NCBI GenBank assembly: GCA_964016885.1
Contig: OZ024740.1
Location: 59,148,001 to 59,212,000, forward strand
Origin: Eledone cirrhosa
Taxonomy: Eukaryota
Direction: 5' to 3'
Length of the DNA: 64,000 nucleotides
This document shows, piece after piece, positions 50,569 to 63,800 of this stretch. Both the position numbers and the translations under genes were made by a program. Numbering within the stretch: the stretch's first letter is position 1; every line of letters begins with the position of its first letter. A model generated the notes under the pieces. That model worked only from the letters and a program-made list of their open reading frames with translations, had not been told where the DNA came from and made no database searches.

Positions 50569-52050
50569 AATGAATAATAACAGGTAGACAGCATAAAAAG
50601 GTAATTTATTCCGTGTGCTTACAAGTGTTTCCACGGTGGTACTGCAGCCTAGTTCCGCTACGTGCAAATTCACAAGTATTTGCAGAACTCGAATATCCAA
50701 TGCTGTGACCACTGTTTCCTCAGAGCAGAATGGTAAATGTACAATGTAAAAACCCTTAAGTGGGGTTGTTGGGGAAGATAAAGTGGAACAGGAAGAGAGA
50801 AAAGTAGGGAAGAAGGAGAGAGAAGGAAAGATATGTAGGGGTTGGAGAAGTAGGAGAGAGTGGCTTGTAGATATCTTAATCAAAATGTTATGGTAGGGGT
50901 TTTATTGTTTACTTTTGGAGAGATGCGTAGATAGTTGAGGTCGGAATTATTTATTTCCCCAGAGGGCAGGTTCATAGATGTTGAGAGGGAGGTAGGTCAA
51001 AGGTGAGAGAGAGAGAGTGTAATGGATGTAGAGAGAGATATATAGGTAGAGAGGGCACAGATAAAGTATGTGTGGTGAGTGAACTTTTGGTTTTGTAGTA
51101 GTAATCTAGGAATTGTACTGAGTTACCATGTATAGTGATAAGCAGTGTATTGTCTTGTAGTGTGGGGGGAAGAGAAGGTTGTTAGCTAGAAAGTGGTGTT
51201 GTAGTTACGGGTTCGAATGTTAAGTTATTTTATAGTGAGAGAATTTAGCTTTTAGTTTGTGGTTGCAGTATAATGATCGTTCAATTCTATCGTTAAGTAG
51301 TTTGTTTTTGGATTTTAGTATCTAAAATAGCTCAAGGTTACATAACCTGCAGTACTTCAATCCACTCCGATATGCATTTGCGCTGGAAAGTATATCCCAT
51401 TTTAAGGTGAACTGTTGGTTGTGTTCACGGAGTTGCCAGGTCTTGTTGGCGAGCGTGGTCACAAAACGGTGATTCGGATGTTTGATTGAGAATCGATGAC
51501 GGTACCAGCGAGATTTAAACGATGTGGTGGTAGATCCGATATAATACCATTTCTGGTCGCTCGATTCAACCGTGCATTGGTAAACAATGCTGGACTTTAG
51601 GCATTCATTCTGCAATGGACATCTTTCAGGTAGATGGCAGTTACATTCTTTGTTGTGGGTAGCGGGTATACCATGGATAGGTTGTGATAGCGGTACAGGT
51701 GGGTTGTGCAATACCCGTCTCCCATTTAGTGGTTGGGAGGCAGATATTGCGTTCTGCCCATCTGTTACTAAAATGTTTTGTTTTGTAGAGTTGTTTAATT
51801 GCCTTAAGTTAAGTTTTTTTATGTATGCTTCAAGGTTTGGTGCCGTGGAGTATGATACTCTAATAGTTTTAGAGTTCAGAATTTTGCTGTACTTATGGGA
51901 ACTAGGGAAGTGTTTATTGATTAATTTAGAGAATGAAAGAGATAGTTTTGTACTAATCGAGGCATTAAAAATAGGATTATACCAGATATACTTTCTACAA
52001 CGTGATTTATTTGGTGGTGATCTTCTATTATTAGTATGTCTGGTAGTACC
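50565..52050 (-). mobile_element. 5'-truncated Penelope-like element (Naiad-like)
   Basis: ORF 51322-51711 (CNCHLPERC, IVYQC, YYIGST, CRLC); HHR at 50616. Confidence 0.85.
50616..50727 (-). ncRNA. Type I hammerhead with long stem II
   Basis: UGCU CUGAGGA AAC A GUGGU...ACCAC C GUG GAAA CACUUG UA AGCA, then AAUAAA. Confidence 0.7.
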
Positions 52051-52052
52051 GT

Positions 52053-53237
52053 GTGTGTGTATATCGTGATGACATGCTTTTACTTATACAAAGTAATAGC
52101 TGTGAACTAAATAGGAAAAGAAAACAAATTATACAATTTTTTAATTACCTTAATCTAAAAGTAGAAATAGTGAATAACCATAAAATAGTCAATTTTCTTG
52201 ACGTAACACTAAATCTCAACACATGTCTTCATTATCCATTTCACAAACTAAATGAGAACTTGAATTATGTTAATTTTAACTCTAATCACCCCAGATCTGT
52301 TAAAAATACTATAGTGAACTCTGTTCAAGAAAGAATTTCAAGAATTTCATCTAATAAAAATATATTTGATGAAAAAGCGCAGTATTACAACGAAGCGTTA
52401 GGTAGAGCTGGATATAGAAATGAAATTAAATACATTGATAATAATAATAATAAGCAAACTAACCAAAATAATAACAATTTTAATTATGGTAACAACTTTA
52501 GCAACTATAATAGAAAACATTACAATAATTCCAAAAGCCGAAAAAGAAATAGAACTAGAAACATATTATGGTTTGCTCCCCCTTTCTCACTAAATATTAA
52601 AACCCCTATTGCTAAACTATTCTTTAAAGCTCTTGACAAACGCTTCCCTAGAACACATAAATATTACTCAATTTTTAATAGACACACTATAAAATTAACT
52701 TACTCACCCACCAAAAATTTAGCACAAAATATTAATAGAATTAATAATAGAAATTTAAAACCTAACCAAAATACCAATAATAATCAAAGCAATATTCAAT
52801 TGAATAACTGTAACTGTAGAAATAAATCTAACTGTCCGTTAAATAACAACTGCTTAGCTAAAAATGTAGTGTACAATTGTAATGTTAAAACTAATTTAAA
52901 TTCATTTAACTATGTTGGTTCTACCTCTACTGAATTTAAATTTCGCTTCAATAATCATAAAAATTCTTTCACAGATCCAAACAAAAAATCTTCAACTTCG
53001 CTATCTAGCCTACTATGGGACCTAAAACGAGATAATGTTAAATATTCGATGACTTGGAATATTATTTCAGAAGCTACTCCTTTTAATTCCTCTTCAGAAA
53101 ATTGTGATCTTTGTATTGAAGAAATATTCTTTATATTAAAGTCCAAAAATTCCCTTAATTTAAGGAACAATTTATTCAGTTGCTGTAGACATAGATTGAA
53201 CTCAACGTTTAAATATAAATATAAATTTAAAATGTAG
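52053..53237 (+). CDS. PLE RT C-terminal part + GIY-YIG endonuclease
   Basis: YRDD, VNFLDVTLNL, SNHP, WFAPPFS, CNCRNKSNC, VVY..NYVGST, CDLC. Confidence 0.9.
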   Translation: MCVYRDDMLLLIQSNSCELNRKRKQIIQFFNYLNLKVEIVNNHKIVNFLDVTLNLNTCLHYPFHKLNENLNYVNFNSNHPRSVKNTIVNSVQERISRISSNKNIFDEKAQYYNEALGRAGYRNEIKYIDNNNNKQTNQNNNNFNYGNNFSNYNRKHYNNSKSRKRNRTRNILWFAPPFSLNIKTPIAKLFFKALDKRFPRTHKYYSIFNRHTIKLTYSPTKNLAQNINRINNRNLKPNQNTNNNQSNIQLNNCNCRNKSNCPLNNNCLAKNVVYNCNVKTNLNSFNYVGSTSTEFKFRFNNHKNSFTDPNKKSSTSLSSLLWDLKRDNVKYSMTWNIISEATPFNSSSENCDLCIEEIFFILKSKNSLNLRNNLFSCCRHRLNSTFKYKYKFKM

Positions 53238-54333
53238 TATAATTAATTAAGTAATTTAGTTAATATATAAAACCTGTCGATAAATCATTAGATTCCTTCA
53301 CCTTTTTCTTTTTAAACTTTCTTCCTAAATATAAACATAGATATAATAAACTACTTTAAAATGTCTATACTTACAATATCTTAAATAAAATATACGTAGG
53401 ATAAATTTCTATACTAAATATAAGGATATCTGTAGAATCCTTGGGTTTTTTAAATCTTTTAAATTTTTGAATTTTAAAAATTTGTTTAATTTTTTTGAAA
53501 TTTTTTTTAATTTTGAAATTTTGAAATTTTTAAATTTTTAAATTTTTAAATTATATTGATATAATATTTATTTAACTTTTATTTTATTTTTATTTTTATT
53601 TATTTTTATTAGTTTTGCTTTGATTCTGATAGCTTCTCATAATTCTCATAAGTCTACCCTTTCAATATCTTGATTGAAATATAAGTAGGATAATTTTCTA
53701 TACTAAATATATGAAACATATTATTTTAACTTCAGATACTCTATAGTGTTTTAAAGATATGTAACGCTTTGACATTTCTAGAACTCGTTTGTCCTTTTGA
53801 CTATATTGATATAGTTGTATTTCCAATATATAATCCTTTGGTATTTTAAATTTATATTGGTATAATTATATTTCCAAAGTATAATCCTTAGTAATATATT
53901 GATATTTGATTATCTCTATACAAATGTCTATGTGTGTATTAACATGCATATAAAAGTGTTATAGGTTTTTTATGATTGTATATATGTCTGTATGTATACA
54001 TGAGTGATGCGTGAAGACGCATGCAGATATTTATTTATACATATATAGGTGTATATGTATATGTGTGTGTGTATGTATATGTGTGGATAAGAGTTATGTT
54101 GCATAACCACGCAGTTTGGATTGCAGATATGCATAATTTTAACAAAATGTTAAATGCATGAATGGTAATCATATATATGAAGACATGAATGTTAATCGTA
54201 TATATTTATGTATATATACTGTGAACTTTTTATAACACAAGGAATGTATAGCAGTGATTAAGAGAAATCGTCTGCGTTTTATATGTCTATATTGTTGACT
54301 TGAGTAAATATAATTTCTATTTTCAGGACGTGC

Positions 54334-54380
<47 letters not shown>

Positions 54381-54381
<1 letters not shown>

Positions 54382-54458
54382 CAGTATCTCAGGCAAAGAC
54401 ACACAAATATATATATATATATATATATATATTTGTGTGTCTTTGCCTGAGATACTGA
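54381..54458. repeat. 27-bp inverted repeat around (TA)n
   Basis: tcagtatctcaggcaaagacacacaaa pairs with tttgtgtgtctttgcctgagatactga. Confidence 0.85.
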
Positions 54459-55050
54459 CTTCTCTAGCAATGTGTACATTTTGGAGATTAAACCCAAATT
54501 TTGGTATATTGATCTCAAGGTTTAAACTAAACATATAGTCAACAATGTTTAATTTCTCATATTATATATTTATGTCCCATTCATGAATATTAATATTTAT
54601 ATTTTTATTATTCATTTCATATGAATTGTTAACTCAACTTAATATGACATGACGTAAAGTTTTCATAATCTCCCTCTCTCTCTATATAATATTTCTCTCT
54701 CTTGAGTTTTTCTATCTGTCTGTTGACTTAATATCTCTCTGTTGCTTTCCTCTGTTTTTCTTATTTCTTCATTTTTTCTTCTTTCTTCCTTTCCTCCTGT
54801 CTTTACTTATCTCTTTCTGTTTTCTCCATGCATCTCTCTCTCTCTGATATTTCTCCATGTTTTTTTTCTTTCTCTCCGTCTTTTTCTTTCTCTCCGTCTT
54901 TTTCTTTCTCTCCGTCTTTTTTTAATTGTCCTTAACACTATGACTTATTAAAGTAATATAAACAAATCACTATCCGGATGGCTTCCAAAAACAATGGTTG
55001 CATTTTAATTGGGTACGTCAAAGCTTATTTGTAAAACTGTTATATATTGT

Positions 55051-55113
55051 ATTTTGTCTGATGAAGGCATACCATAATTTAATTTGGTATCCCTGAAATA
55101 TGTATAATAAAAT
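55051..55113 (+). ncRNA. Type I hammerhead with extended stem II
   Basis: AUUUUGU CUGAUGA AGG C AUACCA..UGGUAU C CCU GAAA UAUGUA UA AUAAAAU. Confidence 0.88.
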
Positions 55114-55276
55114 AGATATGGTTTTATAAATATAGTTTCCATTTACTAATATCGTATATCTACTCCAAATACTTGTCGAGTGCTTTATGTCAGTTATAAA
55201 AATATTTACTTGTTGTATCCCAACAATTTTAAATAGAACTTTTGCATATAAATATATATATATATATATATATATG

Positions 55277-55307
<31 letters not shown>

Positions 55308-55334
55308 GATATATAATATATATATATTTATATA

Positions 55335-57272
55335 TGAACACCAACTTTTACGCTAAACTCTTCACTATATTCGTTGTTAATTCTAACCTTGTTGACTGTT
55401 TCTTTATACATGGCTTGTATAGCTCTCACAAGCCATTCATCAACACCTAGTTTTCTAAGGGCCCACCAGATAATCGAGCGGGGTACTCTGTCAAAGGCCT
55501 TCTCCAGGTCAACAAAAGCTAAGTATAGGGGTTTACTTTTAGCTAGCTACTTCTCCTGTAGTTGTCGTACAATGAAAAGAGCATCTGTTGTACTTTTTCC
55601 TGACACAAACCCGAACTGCATTTTGTCTAGATCAATTCGCCCTCTGATTAGTTGCGCTATTACTTTTCCTGTGACCTTCATGACCCGGTCAATTAATTTA
55701 ATGCCTTCATAGTTTCCCCTATCTAGGGCATCACCTTTACCCTTGTAACAGTTAATGATGATGCTGCTGCGCCAGTCCTTCGGAACGACCCCATTCTGTA
55801 TGACTTGGTTTACTATCCGGGTGACCATAGTGTGTCCCACTGTTCCAGATGCTTTCAGCATTTCGGCAACTATTTCCGAAGGCCCGGCCGCCTTGCCCGT
55901 CTTCATGTCTTTGATCGCCTTACTTATTATACTACCTTCAACTAGCACTGCTGGTCCCTCTATTGGGTCAATGTGGGGGAGACTGTCTTTCTCCCAATTA
56001 TTCTCCTCATTTAGTAGCCTTTCGTAGTGACACTTCCAAGCTACCTTCTTATCAGCGTCAGTGATGGCAAGTACACCATCATCATTTAGGACACACTTCT
56101 CCCCGACAATATCACTGTTTTCCTTGACACATTGCCTAGCAATCCTGAACACCTCACGTTTTTGGTCCTCGCGTTGTAGAACATGCTTGAACTTTTTTTC
56201 CTCTGCTTCCCTTCTTGCGAAGTACACTTGTCTCCTAGCTTCCCTCCTGGCCACTTGATAGTTTTCTCTACTTCCCCCATCCCGCCATGCTTTCCAAGCC
56301 TGCTTTTTGGCCTTGATTGACCTCTCCACCTTACTGTACCACCACCAAGTTATTCTCCTCCTGCCTATAGGCCTGCTCCAGCCACAGGTTTCATCTGTCG
56401 CCTTCAGCAGGTTAGCTTTCAGGAATTCCCACTGTTCCTCTATAGTGTACGACTCTAATTGCTCTTCCTTACTATCAAAAGCATCAAGTAATATGCTTTT
56501 AAATTTATGACTGGCTGTGGGGTCCATTAATTTCCATATTTTTCTCCTGAGGATAGTCCTCTTCTGTTGTCGAATACGTCTCGTCCTGACTATGAGGTGG
56601 CTAATTATGAGTCTATGTTGAGACGTGCATTCTTCATGGGGGAGGGATTTAGTGTTAACAACAGACCCTCTGTCGCGTCTTCTGGTAAGGATATAATCTA
56701 CCTGGCTTGTGTGTTCCCCCGATCTATAGGTGATTAAGTGATTGTCTCGTTTTTTTTAAGTTAGTGTTACAGATAGTTAGGTTATTTGCGTCAGAGAATT
56801 CCAGGATTCTGGAGCCTTCCTCATTTCTAGTAACAAACCCATAGCCTCCATGTATTCTGTCCTAGCGGTCACAATGTTGTCCAACGTGACCATTTAGGTC
56901 GCCAGCAATGATTATATAGTCACTGTCGGTTATTTGGGAGATAGTGAGCATCAGTGTCTCATAGAATCTGTCTTTTATAGTGCCGGGCAGTCCGGATTGG
57001 GGTGCGTACGCAGATATTACTGTCACAGTAGTTCTATTTAGGACAAGTCTTATTTTAATTATTCTTTCGTTGACTCTATTTACGTCTATTATCTTATGTG
57101 CCCACTTTTCTGCTACCATGAATCCTACCCCACCCAGCCCATTGTCATTTCCCACCCAGAAAAGCTTATAGCATCGTTCTTTAACCAAGAATGAATCTAG
57201 CAGTCCCACCCCTCCATCTGGTCTCTTGAATACAACAAACATCGACCTCCTTACGTTCAAGCATTTCTACAT
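55335..57272 (-). mobile_element. RTE LINE (B-related) internal fragment, APE to mid-RT
   Basis: ORFs 56862-57260 and 55547-56527; both ends abut (TA)n. Confidence 0.9.
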
Positions 57273-57305
57273 TATTATATATATTTGACCTATAATATAT
57301 ATATG

Positions 57306-57370
<65 letters not shown>

Positions 57371-57372
<2 letters not shown>

Positions 57373-57568
57373 CGAAGGAAATGTGGTAAGGAACCAGGTG
57401 GACCATAACGCAGCAAAGTACTCAATATCTAGGGTAGTAGAGTGGGTAATAGAAACGAGTAGGACCCCGACGGCTGAGCTCAACCCATTTCAACGGCTAA
57501 TTCTGGGCGTCCAGAATTAGCCGTCGGAACGGTTTGAGCTCAGCCGTCGGGTTCCTACTCGTTCCTAT
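57371..57568. repeat. ~200-bp element: 78-bp leader + 120-bp palindrome (57449-57568)
   Basis: Palindrome centred on tctgggcgtccaga; paralogue at 60131. Confidence 0.85.
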
Positions 57569-57689
57569 ATATATATATATATAAATGATATATAATATAT
57601 AATATATATTTATATATGATATATAATATAGATATATATGATATATTATATATATATATATGATATATTATATATATATGTATTATTGT

Positions 57690-57746
<57 letters not shown>

Positions 57747-57874
57747 ATATTATATATATATATATATGATATATAATATATATATGATATATATATATGA
57801 TATAAAATATATATATATATATATGATATATAAAATATATATGATATATATATGATATATAATATATATATATG

Positions 57875-57912
<38 letters not shown>

Positions 57913-57988
57913 ATATAATATATATATGATACATAATATATATTTATATATATATATATATATGATATATAACATATATATATATATG

Positions 57989-58028
<40 letters not shown>

Positions 58029-58057
58029 ATATAATATATATATATATATGATATATA

Positions 58058-59184
58058 ATCATCATCATCATCATCATCATCAGGTTTAGCGTCCGTGTTC
58101 CACGCTTGCATGGGTTTGGACGGGGGTTTTCCCACTTGAGGCAAGAGTGGTTGTCTTGCTCGCATAGGACTGTCTGGCGGGTTTTCTACAGTTGGATGCC
58201 CTTCCTAACACCAACCACATTTACAGTGTGGGGCTGGGAGGTTTTTACCGTGTTGCCTACACGGCCACATTACAGCGTGGACTGTCTGGCGGGTTTTCTA
58301 CAGCTGGATGCCCTTCCTAACACCAACCACATTTACAGTGTGGGGCTGGGAGGTTTTTACCGTGTTGCCTACACGGCCACATTTACAGCGTGGACTGTGT
58401 GTTTTTTGTCGTGACACCTACACGATCTCATTTGTTTCGGCCTGGATGTTGTGGGACCAACATAACTTTACATTGAAAGGGGCGGTGTGGGTGGGGTGGA
58501 GGTGGTGGGACGGGGTTGTGTTTTGATAGAGATGCCTACTGACTGTAGTAGGTTTTTACTTTGTGTTTAGGTAAGGCGGGTCTTCTCTATTACTGAGTAC
58601 CGCCAAAGGTCTCGGTCCAGTGACATTGTCTTGGAGAGGTGTAAGCGTGTGAGGTCGGAATTTATCAGCTCGTCCCATGTTTTTCTGGGTCTGCCTACTC
58701 CGTGGCTACCGTCTATCTTTATTGCCCTGCACTTTGTTATACAGCTGTCGTCTTTCATGCGCATCACGTGACCGTACCAACGTAGCCTTCTCTCGAGTAA
58801 ACAACATCTGATCCCTCTTATTTCTAATTTTTTCCTTAGTTCGTTTATGCTTTGCCGTTCACGTATATTACTATTGCACATCCAGCGGAGCATGCAAGCT
58901 TCGTTCCTCTCTAGTCTGCGTATATCCTCTGCACACAATGCCCAGGTCTCACTGCCATGCAGCATTGCTGTTCGTATGCAGGCATCGTATAACCTGCCTT
59001 TCATTTTTAGGGAGAACCCTCTAGAGGCTAATAGTGGTATAAGCTCTCTGAACTTTTTCCAACCAGTTCTGACTCTAGCTACAGTACTTTCAGAGCACCC
59101 TCCCCCACTGCTGATTTTGTCACCCAGATAACGGAAGCTGTCCACTATTTCTATAGAACCCTCTGCGCAGTTGAAGGAGCTAGT
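58058..59184 (-). mobile_element. 5'-truncated RTE LINE (B-related)
   Basis: C-terminal ORF segment 58567-59184, duplicated UTR block, tail. Confidence 0.9.
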
Positions 59185-59255
59185 ATATGATATATAATAT
59201 ATATATATATATGATATATAATATATATATATATATGATATATAATATATATATA

Positions 59256-59318
<63 letters not shown>

Positions 59319-59365
59319 AATATATATATATGTGAGAAAAACCACAGACCCTCCATCTCAACTCA

Positions 59366-59403
59366 CCTTTTGAAAAGCAGAAGAACTGCGAAACCGGTAA
59401 AGG
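59366..59403 (+). ncRNA. Type I hammerhead, U3-A8 core variant
   Basis: CCUU UUGAAAA GCAG aagaa CUGC GAAA CCGG UA AAGG. Confidence 0.78.
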
Positions 59404-59534
59404 AACCAAATAAATATATATATTTTAAAAAAAAATAAGACTCCAGTTGCATTTTCGATTTCATCTCTTTTTCTTTATACTTTCACTCGTGTAGGACACC
59501 TCGGTTATTTTTCATTTTGTAAAAAAAACCTCAC

Positions 59535-59591
<57 letters not shown>

Positions 59592-59630
59592 ATATAATAT
59601 ATATATATATATATGATATATAATCTATAT

Positions 59631-59858
59631 AGCTGTAGAAATGAGATGATAGCGACTGGGGTCTATATCATTCCACTGCAAAGTGGTCGTGCATGCGCCA
59701 CGGCAAAAAAAAAACACCCAGCACTCACTGTAAATGAGGTTGGTGTTAGGAAGGGCATCCAGCTGTAGAAATCAAGCCAGAATCAGTTCCCGTCCCACCC
59801 TTGCCAGCAGGGAAAAATCGGACGTAAAGTAAAATGAAATGATGATGAAAATGATGAT
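59631..59858 (+). mobile_element. SINE family 2, 3' half
   Basis: Matches 30438-30635. Confidence 0.82.
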
Positions 59859-59912
59859 ATTTATATATGATATATAATATATATATATATATGATATATA
59901 TATATATATATG

Positions 59913-59950
<38 letters not shown>

Positions 59951-60130
59951 ATATAATATATATATGATATATATATATGATATATAATATATATATGATA
60001 TATATATATGATATATAATATATATATGATATATAATATATATAAGATATATAATATATATATGATATATAATATATATATGATATATAATATATATATA
60101 TATATGATATATATATATATATATATATAT

Positions 60131-60328
60131 AACGAAGGAAATGTGGTAAGGAACCAGGTGGGCCATAAGGCACCAAAGTACTCAATACTTAGGGTAGTAG
60201 AGTGGGTAATAGGAACGAGTAGGACCCTGATGGCTGAGCTCAACCCGTTTCGACGGCTAATTCTGGACGTCCAGAATTAGCCGTCGAAACGGTTTGAGCA
60301 CAGCCGTCGGGTTCCTACTCGTTCCTAT
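60131..60328. repeat. ~200-bp element: leader + 120-bp palindrome (60209-60328)
   Basis: Palindrome centred on tctggacgtccaga; arm contains GAAA CGG..CCG UC GGG (HHR 3' half). Confidence 0.85.
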
Positions 60329-60409
60329 ATATATATATATATATATATGATATATAATATATAATATATATTTATATATGATATATAATATATAATATAG
60401 ATATATATG

Positions 60410-60455
<46 letters not shown>

Positions 60456-60532
60456 ATATATGATATATTATATATATATATATATGATATATTATATATA
60501 TATATATATGATATATTATATATATATATATG

Positions 60533-60580
<48 letters not shown>

Positions 60581-60814
60581 ATATAATATATTATATATAT
60601 ATATATGATATATTATATATATATGATATATATATATGATATAAAATATATATATATATAAAATATATAATATATATATGATATATAATATATATATATG
60701 ATATATAATATATATATATATGATATATATATATGATATATAATATATATATATGATATATAATATATATATATGATATATAATATATATATATGATATA
60801 TAATATATATATGA

Positions 60815-63800
60815 TTTCCCTTGAGTCTAGTAAGACATCCTCTCTAGTGCTGGTGGCACAAATAAAAGCACCCAGTCCATGCTGTAAAGTGGCGCTGGTG
60901 TTAGGAAGGGCATCCAACCAGTGTATCAATGCCAAAAAGCTTATCAGCACAGCAACAAAACAGCATAGAAAAATATGAAGACGTCGCATCTCAGAGTTGC
61001 AACACTTAATGTTGGCACTCTCAGAGGTAGGTCTGCTGAAATAGCGGAGATGCTGGAGAGAAGGCAGGTGGATGTGTGCTGCGTGCAAGAGGTGAGATGG
61101 AGGGGTGCCTCTGCGAGACTAGTCGTAGGCAAGCGTCTTAGCTATAAGCTATTCTGGGTAGGTAAGGATGATGGGTTAGGGGGAGTAGGCATTTTCCTGG
61201 CTGAGAAATGGATCAATAAGACAATAGAGGTAGTTCGAGTTAGTAATCGAATAATTAAGCTTAGATTAGTTGTAGGTAGGAGACTACTGACAATCATCTC
61301 GGTCTATGCTCCCCAAGCAGGCCTAGGCAAAGATGAGAAAGACTGCTTTTATGAGCAACTTTTGCAAACAACCACAATGACAGAGGACGGAGACATCGTT
61401 ATGCTAGCAGGAGACTTCAATGGTCATGTTGGACAGCTCCAGGATGGTTACACTGGGGTACATGGTGGGCACGGTTACGGTTCAAGAAATGAAGAAGGAG
61501 TGAGACTTCTTGAATTTTGTGATGCAAGTACATTGACTATTTGCAACACAAACTTCCAGAAACCTGCCAATCACCTAATAACCTACAAATCTGGTGAGCA
61601 CATAAGCCAGATTGACTTCCTGCTAGTTAGGCAGCGGGACAGGCAGATAGTGTCTAATACCAAGGCATACCCTGGGGAAGAATGTACCCCACAGCATAGG
61701 TTAGTTGTTAGTGATATCTCAGTAAGCAAGAGATGGAATGAGACATATAGGAAGGTGTGGAGAACAAAGGTCTGGAAGCTAAAAGACCTTTCACTAAAAT
61801 TCAAATTTAGGAAAGCCCTTCAAGATGTATATGACGAAAAAGAAGACGATTTAGAGACGTATGACATAGATAATAACTGGAAGTTCTTACGTGACAACTT
61901 GCTGAAGGCTACTGATGAAACCTGTGGCTGGAGCAGAGCTCCAACCAGACAGAGAGTGACCTGGTGGTGGAACAGCAGTGTAGATAAGGCTATTAGAGAC
62001 AAAAGACTAGCATGGAAGGCTTGGAATAAGGGTGGGAGTAGGGAAGAATATACAGCCACTAAGAGAGAAGCTAGACGTCAGGTGTACTTAGCACGCAGGG
62101 AGGCAGAGAGTAGGAGGTTTGCCAATGTTCTGCGACGGGAAGATCAGAGGCGTGCGGTGTTCCACATTGCAAGGCAGTGTGTCAATGCAAATCAGGATGT
62201 TGTTGGTGATAAATGTGTCCGGGATGATGCCGGTGTACTTAGTGTCACGAATGACCAGAAAAAGGAGGCCTGGAAATGTCATTATGAGAGACTGATGAAT
62301 GTGGAGAACGAATGGGGGAGAGAGAAATTACCCTTGGTAGATCCGACAGAGGGACTAGCTATTGAGATTGATGAATATAGGGTCCAAGAGGCGATTAGGG
62401 AAATGAAAAATGGTAAGGCGGCCGGACCATCGGGAATAGTTGCTGAGATGCTGAAGGCATCAGGGGACGTAGGCACTAAACTGGTTGCACGCATAATCAA
62501 TCAGGCTATATATGGTGGTGTCATACCCAAAGACTGGTGCAGCAGTATTCTCATAAATTGCTACAAAGGTAAAGGGGATGCTTTGGAGAGGAGCAATTAT
62601 AGGGGTATAAAACTGATAGATCAGGTTATGAAAGTGGCAGAAAGGATTTTAGCACAACTAATTAGAGAAAGGGTCAAACTAGATGAGATGCAGTTTGGTT
62701 TTGTGCCTGGGAAGAGTACAACAGATGCCCTCTTCTTGGTGAGACAAATGCAAGAGAGGTTCTTAGAGAAGAATAAGCCACTATACTTAGCCTTTGTTGA
62801 CTTAGAGAAGGCCTTTGATAGGGTACCCCGATCTGTCATCTGGTGGTCCCTAAGGAAGCTGGGTGTTGAGGAATGGCTTGTAAGGACAGTGCAAACTTTG
62901 TACAGAGGTACTCTCAGTAAAGTCAGGGTAGGAATGGAGTTTAGTGAGGAATTCCAGATACAAGTAGGAGTACATCAGGGTTCGGTCCTCAGCCCGCTCT
63001 TGTTCATTATAGTCCTCCAAGCCATAACAGAGGAGTTTAAGACTGGCTGTCCATGGGAACTTCTCTATGCTGACGATCTGGCTCTTATGGCAGAATCAGT
63101 AGAGGAGCTAGAGAATAAATTCCGGCTATGGAAACAGCAGTTGGAAGCAAGAGGACTGAGAGTAAATCTAGCTAAGACAAAAGTGTTGATGAGTAGAAAA
63201 GAGGACAAAACCCTGATTCCGTCAGGGAAATGGCCATGTTCGATATGCAGAAAAGGAACTGGCATAAATTCTATAAAATGCACACAATGTAGGTCCTGGG
63301 TACACAAGAGATGTAGCGGGATAGCAGGCAAACTAACAGGTAGGGAGAAATATGTATGCAGTAGATGTACAGGGAAATTAGACAGTAGAAGTCGCACTGA
63401 TAGACACATTTTTCAAATGCGAGAGGGCGCTATAGAAGTGGTGGATAGCTTCCGGTACCTAGGAGATCAGATTAGCATGGGAGGAGGGTGTTCCGAGGCC
63501 ATAGTATCTAGAATAAGGACGGGTTGGAAGAAGTTTAGGGAGCTGCTTCCTCTGTTGACGAAGAAGGGTTTCTCCCTGCGTACGAAAGGCCGGTTGTATG
63601 ATGCCTGTGTGAGGAGCGCGATGCTGCATGGTAGTGAGACATGGGCAGCTACCGCAGAAGATATGCGACGGCTGGAGAGAAATGAGGCAAGCATGCTCCG
63701 TTGGATGTGCAGTGTAAATGTGCGTGAACGACCCAGCATAAATGTGTTGAGAGAGAAACTGTGTCTGAGAGGGATAGAATGTAGTGTACGGGAGAGGAGA

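Larger units (their letters stand above)
52053..55248 (+). mobile_element. 5'-truncated Penelope-like element (Naiad-like)
   Basis: ORF 52053-53237, long UTR, HHR at 55051, tail running into (TA)n. Confidence 0.8.
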
